Of a DNA stretch of 64,000 nt, positions 1-11,099 are shown piece after piece (positions within the stretch are counted from its first letter, which is position 1; each line of letters starts with the position of its first letter). The position numbers and the translations under genes were made by a program. The notes under the pieces were generated by a model. It ran no database searches. It worked only from the letters and a program-made list of their open reading frames with translations, and had not been told where the DNA came from. The stretch covers positions 12,079,866 through 12,143,865 of the forward strand of contig CM119265.1 of assembly GCA_051294375.1 (NCBI GenBank), read 5' to 3'. Origin of the DNA: Paraspadella gotoi. Lineage: Eukaryota; Animalia; Chaetognatha.

Positions 1-1060
1 GAATACCAGAAGAGGACTACTCCTGCCCCATGCAACGATCGAAAGAAGCCAAAAGCTTCCACCTCATAGTCCTCCATTATAGAAATCTGCCAGAGGACTT
101 GATGTTGATTTGCCCATCCCAAGCCACCAGGCTGGGCATAATATTGTCCATCGAACCTGAAGTACGCCAGTTCCATGATGTCATCCAATTTGGATTGGCG
201 TACGCTCGTGCAACTTCCGGTCTTCCCTCAAGCGGCGTCTGCTTGAGGCTAAAGCCAATTCTTGGGAATATTTGCTAAACATACTTGTTAAGTCAGCGAC
301 GAGACCAAGAGATGACTATCTGGCACTTTGATATCTGCTGCAACTTTTCCGTCAGATCGAGAGAATTTCTGAGGGGTGTTGATTACCAACCAAAGGAGTG
401 AGTATGGCGACCCAATTCCTTCGTCATTCCATTAAAAATGGAATTGCGGGCTGAAACGATGGGCGTAATGGTAGATCGGCTTATTACCCCGGCTGACCGA
501 AGAACAAAGGAGGCTGCGCTTGAGTCAGGATTGACTCTGTGAAATACTGACGGGGGACAGTATTCACTATTTTTTTCTCACGGGTCTGGATCTTAGCCCT
601 GTAGGCGAGGTGGGATCCTTTGGCAGAGAGATGTAGGTGTTTCTGCTCTGCCACATTTTTTTCAACCTTGTCTTTGTAGTCATGGGCGTCCATGACTACC
701 GGCAGCCTCTTCCCTTGTCCGCGGGGTGAACCATGATTGCCTGATTACAGCTTGAGTGTAGGCGATGGCCTTGCGCTTCACTCTTTCCGACATTTGCGGG
801 CGGAGCTCTGTTGGCATTAAGCATCCGCGCCGCGCCGCCGCCCCGAAGGGTAGCCGCCGCTTCGGGTTTTTGATCCAGGAGTCTCGCTCCTGTCTCAATT
901 CCGACAATGAGGTCAATTGCAGGTAAATTAACAGGGGTTGAACAAAAGATAAGCCCTTACGCAAAACAGAGTCTTCATCATTACTAAGCTGTACGATGAG
1001 GCGTTGACGAGCCATCTGTCTTGTGCCGTGTGGATCTCTGTCTTCCGTTAGCTGAGTGAA
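1..1060 (-). mobile_element. Degenerate (frameshifted) Penelope-like retroelement reverse transcriptase region, continuing past the left edge
   Basis: Minus-strand translation across frameshifts gives PLE motifs in the expected order: WLVNASS/VQLSNDEDSVLRKGLSFV, ADKG..VVMDAHDYKDK, PLFFGQP..K.DLPLRP/IVSARNS, LVS.D.TSMF.NIP (motif A), GMGKSTSSPLADF/MEDYE (motif B). Confidence 0.85.
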
Positions 1061-1116
1061 GATTCGTTCCTTTGACGATTGCGTCTCTCCTTGACGACGT
1101 GTCTGTGGCGAGACGG

Positions 1117-1675
1117 TCGAAGGGGCTCATTTTGAGCTCTATCTTAATTCTTAATTTTTCACTTTAACATTCACTTATCTATCCCTCACAAAATGTATCA
1201 TTTCACATTTAAAAAACTTTCTTTCCTTTCATTACTATCTATTTATTAATAGAAATAATTAAATTCACCATTAGTTTAAATTTATTCTTTGTTGTACATT
1301 ACATAATGGTATTTTGTCTCTCCCTGTTTTCTCCTCTCTCTCTCTCCTTCTCTCTCTCCTCTCTCTCTTTCACCAATTGACCATTTCACTTCTTTTCAAA
1401 CATATCTGTCCTCAACTCAAACTGTACTCATTCTTTAACAACTATCTCTGTGTTGGAAACTTTTGGCCCTCTCTCTCTCTCTCTTCTTTCTCTCACTCTC
1501 TCACTCTCTCTCTCCCTTCTTTTACACAAATTTGTTAATGCATCATTACCGCTGATGAAGACTCGAAATGAAGAGTCGAAACATGTCCGTATACTAATAA
1601 AAAATCGTTGACGAAAACATTTCCAAACTTTGTTAAATCTCTAATACTCAACGAAGCCGAAAGGATTAACACAAT
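1117..1675 (+). mobile_element. Penelope pseudo-LTR (pLTR) with hammerhead and 3' tail, inverted relative to the adjacent RT region
   Basis: Homologous to the arms at 10016-11142 (GGGGCTCA.TTTGAGCTCT.TCTTAATTCTTAATTT..., CT tracts, TGTGTTGGAAACTTT). Contains a hammerhead and ends in the tail motif CAACGAAGCCGAAAGGATTAACAC. Confidence 0.75.
1548..1590 (+). ncRNA. Minimal type-I hammerhead ribozyme
   Basis: CG-CTGATGA-A-GACTC(gaaatgaa)GAGTC-GAAA-CATGTC-CG: intact core, 5-bp stem II, palindromic ACATGT stem III, GUC site; stem I only about 2 bp. Confidence 0.8.
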
Positions 1676-2342
1676 GAAAACTATTTATAATCATCATTTT
1701 TCGATAATTTTATTACTTTTTCTTATATTTTGGACCAAAAAAAACATCTAACAATTTTGAAGAGTATGTAGTTATATTTTTTATTTAACTTTTTATGCTC
1801 TATCAAAACCAATAAAAAAAATTAAGATTGATTAAAAAATTTTTTTATCATTATATAGTAATATTATAATTTTAATAGCAACAATAAAAGCATTAAAATT
1901 GAACTTTTTTTTAAAAAATCTTTTTTTACCTAAAAGTAGACTTCAAGACTAAAGTTTTGAACCCCCGCCCCTATTGAATTTAATTTTATAGTAGATTTCT
2001 AATATAATAAGCTAAAATTTAAAATTGCAAATTATTAATTTTTATGATCTGATTAGGATTCTTTGCAAAAAGTTGATATAAGAAAGTATAATTCTTTTTT
2101 AAAAATGTTTTCATTAAGTTGGTTAAAAATGTAAAAAACTATATTTAAAAAAAAAAAAAAAAGAAACGAGATTAATGTCAAAATTTCAAAATATTTTTTT
2201 TTAAATTCTGAGAACAGATTCAGATTCCTCGTTAAAAGTTACTAAAAGAAATATAAAATCTTTTTCAAAATTATGTCATTAAATAGGTTAAAATTTATAA
2301 AAAACTGTATTTTTTAAGCTTGGAAATTGAAAATCTGGCATC

Positions 2343-2796
2343 NNNNNNNNNNNNNNNNNNNNNNNNNNNNNNNNNNNNNNNNNNNNNNNNNNNNNNNNNN
2401 NNNNNNNNNNNNNNNNNNNNNNNNNNNNNNNNNNNNNNNNNNNNNNNNNNNNNNNNNNNNNNNNNNNNNNNNNNNNNNNNNNNNNNNNNNNNNNNNNNNN
2501 NNNNNNNNNNNNNNNNNNNNNNNNNNNNNNNNNNNNNNNNNNNNNNNNNNNNNNNNNNNNNNNNNNNNNNNNNNNNNNNNNNNNNNNNNNNNNNNNNNNN
2601 NNNNNNNNNNNNNNNNNNNNNNNNNNNNNNNNNNNNNNNNNNNNNNNNNNNNNNNNNNNNNNNNNNNNNNNNNNNNNNNNNNNNNNNNNNNNNNNNNNNN
2701 NNNNNNNNNNNNNNNNNNNNNNNNNNNNNNNNNNNNNNNNNNNNNNNNNNNNNNNNNNNNNNNNNNNNNNNNNNNNNNNNNNNNNNNNNNNNNNNN
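2343..2796. other. Assembly gap (N run); smaller gaps near 33826, 34448, 35874 and 60124
   Basis: Runs of N in the sequence. Confidence 1.
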
Positions 2797-4743
2797 TCAA
2801 ATAATTTTTTTGTTCTTGAGTGCTCCACTCTATTATATAAGGGTAGTATACTATATACAAAATAAGCTGACTGGGCTATTATATTTGTAAAAATAAAAAA
2901 ATAATTATAGATTAGTATTCATTAATATGATAGCTTTCAAGATATAACTGCCAAATTTTTATTCTAAACTTTCACTTCACCCTATTAAGTATACAATAAT
3001 TTAATATTTAAAAAAATAATATTTAAATATTAAAAAAATAAATTAAAAAATATAATAATATTATTTACAAAGTAACAGAGTTTTTATTTATGATTACCAT
3101 GGTCATTTAATAATTCGGAGAGAGTGAGAGATATCAAGGTTAAAATTGCCTATCTCTCAAAGTTATTATCCAAATATTTATTAAAACTATTAAAACTGGT
3201 TGATGAATAGATCTACCAAAAATCAATAACCACACTAGATCTCTCTTAACGACTTCTTCTGTTTGGTTTTTCTTTATCTGCTCTATAAATTGGAACCATA
3301 AAAACAAAAAAAAGTTGACCGGAATAAAACTCACAAGAGCGATTAAATGATAGAGTACAATCCCCTTTTTTGCGGTGTTTGAACATAATAATTTATAGTC
3401 ACTTTAAAGATAAAATCGATTTTAATCATATATTTTAAATAATTTTAAGATAAATTTTTGATTAGTATCATAATTACTATTAATATTTATTTAATAATTT
3501 TTATTTTTTTTAAATAATAATAATATTATTATATTGACTAAATTAAATTGAATTTGTTTATTAACTTATTTAATAGTAATTTTTTTAATTTGGGCTTACC
3601 CTTTACCCTATTTTATATTAAACATGGCCATTCAGCCTGTTCTACTTAAATTTTAACCTTTATAATACTTAGTAATAAATGTTAATAAGTAATAAATATG
3701 AGATATGTATAACAAAATAAATTTTTAATTTTTTATAAAAAATATTTTTTAAATTAATTCTTAAAAATTAAAAATATTAATTATATAATAAATAAATCTA
3801 AATTCAGGTAAAAAAGAACCTATAACCTTGAATTATATTAGTATATGAATTTATTTAATCTTAACAGGTCTTTCACTGTTTTAGTCGCTTTCTCTCTTTT
3901 TTTGTGGGAAACTCTTTTGTGCAAATTGTTCAAATTAAATTCTTACCTAAAAGGTTAAACAGGATCTAAAGATAATATTGTCTAAAAATACATGAGATGA
4001 TTCTCATTTCATTATTAATTTATTTATTCAAAACATTTATTCATGATTTGTTATTACTTATTTGATATTTATATCTTTTTAAAATATTTCCCTTATATTA
4101 AAAGCAGCAATGTATATTATTGGGAGATATAAAAAAATAAAGTAATGACTAAATATTTAGCCTGGTTCAAAGCTTAGGACCTATTCCATTTCTGCTGAGG
4201 GGCACAAAAGATATGGTTCATAATCTTTAGCACACTTAGCGTCTTATCCACACTGGTAAACTCATCTTGTCGAGTGTATTCGACCTTATTCGACCTTATT
4301 CCAGGCTCCGAGACTTGCTGAAGATTACTCCCTTCTCTCTACTGAAAACAGTATAGGGTGGGTTACAATCTGGGGGGCATTTAGTCGGGTATTGCGTATG
4401 TTCACCCCTTCAGTCTAGAACCAGTAGCTAATTTAGTAATACCATCAGGTCATAGCCATTTGGGGTCCTGGAAAACCCTCAAGCTAGGTTCCAAGCTCGG
4501 GAACCATTCAATTAAACCATTCCATTGCTGCTGAAGGGGCACAAAAGATGCAGATAGTAGTCTTCAGCCCACTTTGCGCTTCATCAATATATCTTTCTCT
4601 CACTAAATATTTAAAAGTTTTTTGTCATAATCTTATTTTTCTGTACCTCCCAATAATATTCTATTTATTGTGTGAAATCCTTTCTTTCGTTGTGTTTTGT
4701 AATGAGAAAGTTTGAAATAGTTTTACAATGATTTATTTTAAAC

Positions 4744-4785
4744 AGTGGACATGTTTCGACTTTGATTCAAGTCTTCATCAGCACT
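4744..4785 (-). ncRNA. Minimal type-I hammerhead ribozyme
   Basis: On -: AGTG-CTGATGA-A-GACTT(gaatca)AAGTC-GAAA-CATGTC-CACT; all three stems pair. Confidence 0.88.
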
Positions 4786-5174
4786 TGTGAATGGACAGAC
4801 AATTTCAAATTACAGGAAGTGTGAGAGAGAGAGAGAAGAGAGAGGGAAAGGTTACCAATAAAGATTTTGACAGTGGTTAAAGTTGAGGACAGGGTAAGTT
4901 TAGACCAGAGAGAAAGAGAGAGCGACAGATATTGAAAAGAGTATGAGAGAGAGAGAGTGAGAAAGAGAGAGACAAAAACGGTGAATCTAGTTATATCATA
5001 CCAAGTTTCTTTTCAATATCTGTCTCTCTCTCTCTCTCTGGTCTAAACTTACCCTGTCTTTAACTTTAACCACTGTCAAAATCTTTGTTGGTAACCTTTC
5101 CCTCTCTTTTCTCTCTCTCTATCTCTCTCTCTCTCTCACATTTCCTGTAATTTGAAATTGTCTGTCAATTGACA

Positions 5175-5206
5175 AGTGCTGATGAAGACCTGAATCAAAG
5201 TCCACT
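5175..5206 (+). pseudogene. Inactivated hammerhead copy
   Basis: AGTG-CTGATGA-A-GACCT..AAGTC-CACT: lacks the 10 nt GAAACATGTC present in the partner arm. Confidence 0.8.
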
Positions 5207-5792
5207 GTTAAAAATAAATTGTTATAAAATTATTTTAAACTCTTTCTCATATTCTATTTATATATAGCTTTATATTTATTACTTATTAACCTTTATTTCA
5301 AAGTATTAAAAAGGTTTATTTAATAAAACTTCAAAGTTAAGAAAAGTAAACTTACTCGCCATGTTTAATATGAGATAGGGTAATGGTTTTAGCCAAATAA
5401 CAATAAATTTTTTTACCAATAAATAGGTAAATAAGTTTAATTAAATGTAATCAGTATAATAATAAAATTATTATTAATAATATTAATAATAATGATAAAA
5501 TAAATATTAATAATAATTATAATTATGATACTATTTAAAAATTTGTACTAAAATTATCAAAAATATTAGTTCAAATCGATTTTATCTTAAAAGTTCCTAT
5601 AAATTCTTAGGTTCAAACACCGCCAAAAAGGCAATAGTACTCTATCATTTGATCGCTCTTGTGAGTTTTATTCCGGCCAATTTTTTTTTGTTTTTAAGGT
5701 TCCAAAGTATAGAGCAGACAAAGAAAAACCAAATAGAAGAAGTCGTTAAGAGAGATCTAGTGTGGTTATTGATTTTTGGTTGATCTATTGAT

Positions 5793-7550
5793 GAAGGTTC
5801 AAAAAACAAGAACGACATATCCGAATTATTAAATGATTGTGGTTATCACAAATAAAAACTGTTATTTTCTAAATATCTATCAAAGGCAATAAAAAAAAAG
5901 GCGATCCCGGAGTTGAATTCGCTCTGGAGGCTGATAGGAAAACGAAAAGAAAGAAGAGGAAAAAATAAAGTTTGTTTCTTTACGGAAAAGAAAATTTAAG
6001 ACCGTAATAACAATGATATTAAAAACGTTTTTAAGCTTCACGAGCTAAGGATTTTTTAATTCTTAAAAAAATTTAATTATAAATATTTTTTTTCATTGCC
6101 TTTGATAGCTATTTTAGAACAAATTCCGAAACTCGATCCAAACCTTTTTTCGTATATTTTTATATTTTTTGGATAGAGATGACTGAATAATGTAAATCTT
6201 AAGTTACATCTAAATTGGCCAATGGGTTTAGAAGAAATCGACCAAAACAACCAAAATTCCTCCTCCTTTTTTTCAACATTTTCGCCTTTTAAGATTTTCG
6301 CCGATTCTGACTTCCTTTACAAACTTATAATTCCGCTAGTTAATTTTTTTTCCCTTTCATGAGCGAAAGGAATCCACAACTTTCTAATATTTTATAATTT
6401 CTAGGTAAAAAAGTGTAATGTCTTGTGAACCCTGTGAAAGTTGAGTAATTAAAAAATTTGCCCATTTTATTATTAAAAAATGGAAATTAAAAGTGAAGAA
6501 GTTGAACATCTTCTGGCTCCTTTCAGTAAACACCCTGTTCTCTAAAATAGGATAATGTTTACTTTTTGCTGGTGGAAAAGAAAGATAAATACTTAGACTG
6601 TGATGGGGTGAATAATATTTTGTAGAATTTTGTAAGCAATGCTTGTAAAATCAGACAAGCAAATATTTAAGTGACAAACAATTTACATTTTCTTTATCCA
6701 AAAAACTTTAAAGTTTTACTAGAGTACAATTTAGCTTTTTTTCTTTCAGAATCATTAAAAGAATTTAATTTTTATTTATTCTTATGGGGTGTCATTAGTT
6801 TTAAAATTCATTATAATTTTGACTTAGTTTGACACTCACCCTGTAAAGAGATTTCAGCAAAAATAATGATAAAATTATATCTTGAATGTGCCCTATGATT
6901 ATGGCTTCATTTTTGGTACTATTGCCAACCATTTATCTTTGTTCCTTCAAAAGATATTAGGAAAAATAAGTTTTTTCTCTTAACTTCCTTTTAATTTCTT
7001 TTTAAATAAAAATTTCGCGATAAAAACTGGACCAATTCACTTTACCATGTTGGTTTAATATGAAAAAATTGGTCAATAATAAAAAGAAAAATAGAACGAG
7101 CTCTAGGGACAAGGCTTTTGAATCTCATAATTCAAAGGACCATTTATAATGCTAACATACCCTAATCCCGTTTGTAATTTTAAAAAAGTGAAATTTCCCT
7201 TTCATTCTTATAGTAAAAATGAGTTTTTGAAAATCCTCCGGATATGAGTAGTTCATTTCCCCTGGCTTGTTTGATAGTAAAATCTTTATCAAAAGCCACA
7301 AGAAGAAAGGAACGAGCTCTTGAGATGCAAAGCTGTCGGAATCGGGTGTTTTTACAACTTTTCTAGGAATTTCTTGCAGGCTTGTTTGTAAAGTTGGGCA
7401 GTCAGATTCGAACGGAAATCTCTATTAGAAAATGTTGAATTTTTTTTAGCAAGATTTTCGCCTAGATATTTATAAAATAAGTTTTTATTTGTGATAACCA
7501 CGTTCATTTAATAATTCGGATATGTTTTGGTTTTTTTTTTTTGAACCTTC
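5793..7550. mobile_element. Non-autonomous TIR element nested in the foldback arm; itself contains a ~230-bp TIR element (about 5878-6109)
   Basis: Imperfect TIRs of about 85 bp, GAAGGTTCAAAAAA...TAAATATCTA / TAGATATTTA...TTTTGAACCTTC; inner CTATCAAAGGCAAT / ATTGCCTTTGATAG. Confidence 0.7.
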
Positions 7551-7758
7551 CAGTTTTAATAGTTTTAATAAATATTTGGATACTAACTTTGAAAGATAGA
7601 GAGAGAGGCAATTTTAACTGTGATATCTCTCATTCTCTCCGAATTATTAAATGACCATTGTAATCATAAACAAAAACTCTGTTACCTTGTAAATATTATT
7701 ATTATATTTTTTATAAATTTATTAATATTTAAATATTATTTTTTAAAATGTTAAATTA

Positions 7759-8163
7759 TTATGAAATTGGTACAACCAATATAAAAATTATCCATTCATT
7801 TAATAAATAAGCTATCTTGCCCCTGACTTTGGACAGGCTTTGGTGGTTTAAGGCCTCCATCACTTTTACAAGATAATGACATAGCAGGTCCCTGCAAGCT
7901 TTCAATCAAGACTCTCACAGTCTCGTTTATTCATTCCCAAAGTACCTGGCTTCGCTATCAATGAAGTGGAAAATATTTCAAAGAATGTTTCAATTGTATG
8001 AAAAGACCACTCCCTTAGGTATTAGATCGGGGAATACTTATTGTACTCCGCACTAGCATCAAAATACAAGGAGCTGAATTTTATGAAATTGGTACAACCA
8101 ATATAAAAATTATCCATTCATTTAATAAATAAGCTATCTTGCCCCTGACTTTGGACAGGCTTT
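7759..8163. repeat. Dispersed repeat with an ~82-bp terminal direct repeat
   Basis: TTATGAAATTGGTACAACC...TTTGGACAGGCTTTG occurs at about 7759 and 8081. Related copies at about 58211-58310 and, more diverged, 52715-52860. Confidence 0.7.
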
Positions 8164-8234
8164 GTATTATATACTTTTTATTATATACTTTTTATTAGCG
8201 AATTCAACTCCGGGATCGCCCATATTTTTGTCAC

Positions 8235-8678
8235 CTGCTTCAACACGACGTACGTCTGTGGGCACACTCCTTCCACAACGTCCACGACGACAACTGCGCC
8301 GTCACAGAGTCGCACGGCCGTCGAGACTTCGGAGGAGAAGTCCACGTGACCCGGAGTGTCAATCAGATTGACGAGGTAATCGAGGGAGGGTTGTTGATCT
8401 TCGAGATTGTTTATTAACGGTGTGGAGGACGCGGGCATCGAGTAAAGGAGAGAGATACAGCTCGATTTCATAGTGATTCCTCGTAGCTGCTCGTCGGGTC
8501 GCGAGTCCAAGTATCGCAACTTCCCGGCCATCCTGGACGAAATGATTCCGTTGGAGGCGACGAGGGAGTCGGCCAGTGTCGTTTTTCCGTGATCCACATG
8601 AGCGACAATGCAAATATTTCGAGTTTGGGAGGGAGACGCGTGGAGGCGCGAAACGGTGGCGGAGGATAGCGCAGGCAT
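8235..8678 (-). CDS. EFL1: Elongation factor-like GTPase 1 (Ria1/EFTUD1), first coding exon
   Basis: [54 protein letters not shown]...[37 protein letters not shown] is the EFL1-type G domain. Donor CAG|GTGACA after KQ. Later exons not seen in the window. Confidence 0.92.
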
Positions 8679-8904
8679 AGTGCAAAAGCAAATGTAGGGT
8701 ATTTAGAATTAAAAGTCACGAATTTTTTACTGGAAAGGAAACAAATGGACAAAAATAATTAACAATTGTGAATAATGAATGTTGCGAGGAACAAAGACAA
8801 ATTCGAATAGAGTATCAAGGTTGATTTTTATTTAATGTTTAAAATATTTTGAAATTTTGAATTATAATTTTAAATTTTTTTTAAATTTAATTTTTATATT
8901 TAAT

Positions 8905-9365
8905 ATTTATTTATTATTGGAAAGACACAGTTAAACTTGTTTATCAAATTAATTGGGAGGGCCGTCGTCCCGATTCATGAGCAGATTGGCGTTTCCCCTT
9001 TGAAGCGCTATGGATAGCCGTTGAAAGAAATGTTTGCACTCCAAGGCATTTATTTTTCCCCGAAGGCTTTAAGAAAGGGGAGAGCTTCCTTGTCCCACCC
9101 ACCAAATGTCTCAACAATTAGTGGTTGGAAAAAGATCCCCTGCGCTTGACAGGGAGCAAAGTGGCTGCGCATTTTGGAAGTTTTGCGAATTTCGATTGCG
9201 GCTGCGGCAGTGTTGGCGGCCTGAAAAACTATGGCCTCTTGAACTGGAGAGACGACGGAAACGTCGAAGGGCATTTTTCGACCATCAATCCAGTTAGGGA
9301 TGTAGATGTCTGCGGGGCGAGATTAGGATCCTGGAACGAGGCCCGGCGCTTCTTTTTTAGGGTCA
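8905..9365 (-). mobile_element. 3' fragment of a CRE-like non-LTR retrotransposon (restriction-like endonuclease domain), degenerate
   Basis: RPADIYIPNW..G/FDVSVVSP...E..K..K..HF..C...G.FFQPLIVETFGGW...FFQRLSIALQR/NA, with stops and frameshifts. Confidence 0.8.
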
Positions 9366-10101
9366 AGAATGGTGCAATGAGGATTTTAAAGGCATCTTCA
9401 GAGTCGAATTCAAGGCGTAAATCTCCGCGTGGAGATCAGCTAAATGGGCAAAAACAGAATATATATAAAGACTTTTTCACTAAGAAAATGCGGGAAGCGT
9501 GGCGGAGCCTTCCAAACAAACGATTCCTGTATAGAAGCCAACGAAAAACCGAGTAATAATAGTAAAAAGCGGACAAAAGAGCAGAAAATCCATGACCGGG
9601 CGTCGAGCCAGTTGTTTCGAAATTCTGTTGACAAATTTCGCGAATTTTCTTCGTCGAATCAGAATTCGATGTCGACGAATCTCGATTCTCATTGGTCGGT
9701 GAAAATCGATAGATGTCAGGAAAAGTGAAACAAAAGGTGGAACAAAGTTGGTGGGAAAAGAAAACAAAAGAAGTTTAATCGTGGATAAAATGGATAAAAT
9801 CGTTGAGATGCCTATAAGAAATATTCATTAGACCTTGCCAATTGCCATATATGAAAAGTTTTGAAATCAAAAAACGAGTATTGTGTAAAAGGTGCCCATA
9901 GCCATACATCATATGAATTTTTTGAACATTTTTTTTTTAAATTTACAGTAAATGCTGCCAACTTTGAAAAAAAAATTTAAAAATGGTAAAAATTGGACTT
10001 TTTGCTAAATATCTTAGTGGTAATAACCTTTCTTTTTCGTTGTTGTATGTATTTTGGGCAAAATGATTTTTGTTTCACAACGAATTTTATTTTATCATAG
10101 A

Positions 10102-10144
10102 AACGTACATGTTTCGGCTTTGGATGCAAGCCTTCTTCAGCGTC
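10102..10144 (-). ncRNA. Minimal type-I hammerhead ribozyme
   Basis: On -: GACG-CTGAAGA-A-GGCTT(gcatcca)AAGCC-GAAA-CATGTA-CGTT; GUA cleavage triplet. Confidence 0.88.
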
Positions 10145-10184
10145 AATGATTTGTGAAAATTTGTACAGTTTTTTGTGTGAAAGA

Positions 10185-10224
<40 letters not shown>

Positions 10225-10980
10225 AGGGCAAAGTTTTCCAACACAGAGTTGAGAAAAAATAATAGTGGTCAAGTGGTGAGGACAGGTTAAGAATGAGGAC
10301 AGATAGAGATTTTAGTTTTGAATAAGAAATGAAATGGTCAGAGTGAGAGAGATTGAGAGAGAGAGAGAGAGGGAGAGAGAGAGAGACAGGGAGAGAGAAA
10401 AATTACATTTCAAATGTACAACAATAAAGTTTTAAACTGTTATTAACAATTAACTATTTAATAAATAAATAAGTGAAGGTGAAAATGAAATGTGAAAGTG
10501 AGAAGATACATTTAGTGTAAAGAATTGTTAATAAAGTTAGAAATTAAGAATTAAGAAAGAGCTCAAAGTGAGCCCCATCGCCCGAGCCTCTCATTTGTCC
10601 AAACCAAGGGGGGCCAGCTCACTTTGAGCTCTTTCTTAATTCTTAATTTCTAACTTTATTAACAATTCTTTACACTAAATGTATCTTCTCACTTTCACAT
10701 TTCATTTTCACCTTCACTTATTTATTTATTAAATAGTTAATGTTTAATAACAGTTTAAAAACTTTATTTGTTGTACATTTGAAATGTAATTTTTCTCTTC
10801 TCCTGTCCTCTCTCTCTCTCCTCTTCTCTCTCCCTATCTCTCTCTCTCTCAATCTCTCTCACTCTGACCATTTCATTTCTTATTCAAAACTAAAATCTCT
10901 ATCTGTCCTCATTCTTAACCTGTCCTCACCACTTGACCACTATTATTTTTTCTCACTCTGTGTTGGAAACTTTGCCCTAT

Positions 10981-11013
<33 letters not shown>

Positions 11014-11056
11014 CCTTCTTTCACACAAAAAACTGTACAAATTTTCACAAATCATT

Positions 11057-11099
11057 GACGCTGAAGAAGGCTTGCATCCAAAGCCGAAACATGTACGTT
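11057..11099 (+). ncRNA. Minimal type-I hammerhead ribozyme (identical to the partner arm)
   Basis: GACG-CTGAAGA-A-GGCTT(gcatcca)AAGCC-GAAA-CATGTA-CGTT. Confidence 0.88.

Larger units (their letters stand above)
4669..5248 (-). mobile_element. Non-coding head-to-head Penelope pLTR insertion with TSD
   Basis: Arms about 4700-4945 and 5010-5248 are inverted copies. The left arm carries the extra tail (CAACGAAAGAAAGGATTTCACA on -). Flanked by the direct repeat ATATTCTATTTAT (4656-4668 and 5249-5261). Confidence 0.8.
2990..7760. repeat. Large foldback (inverted-repeat) element with nested insertions
   Basis: About 2990-3200 is the reverse complement of about 7550-7760, and about 3200-3700 of about 5280-5790. 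The right arm is interrupted by the element at 5793-7550. Confidence 0.75.

Noticed and set aside
2288-2890. Long ORFs in the supplied track
   Set aside because: They are artefacts of translating the N gap.
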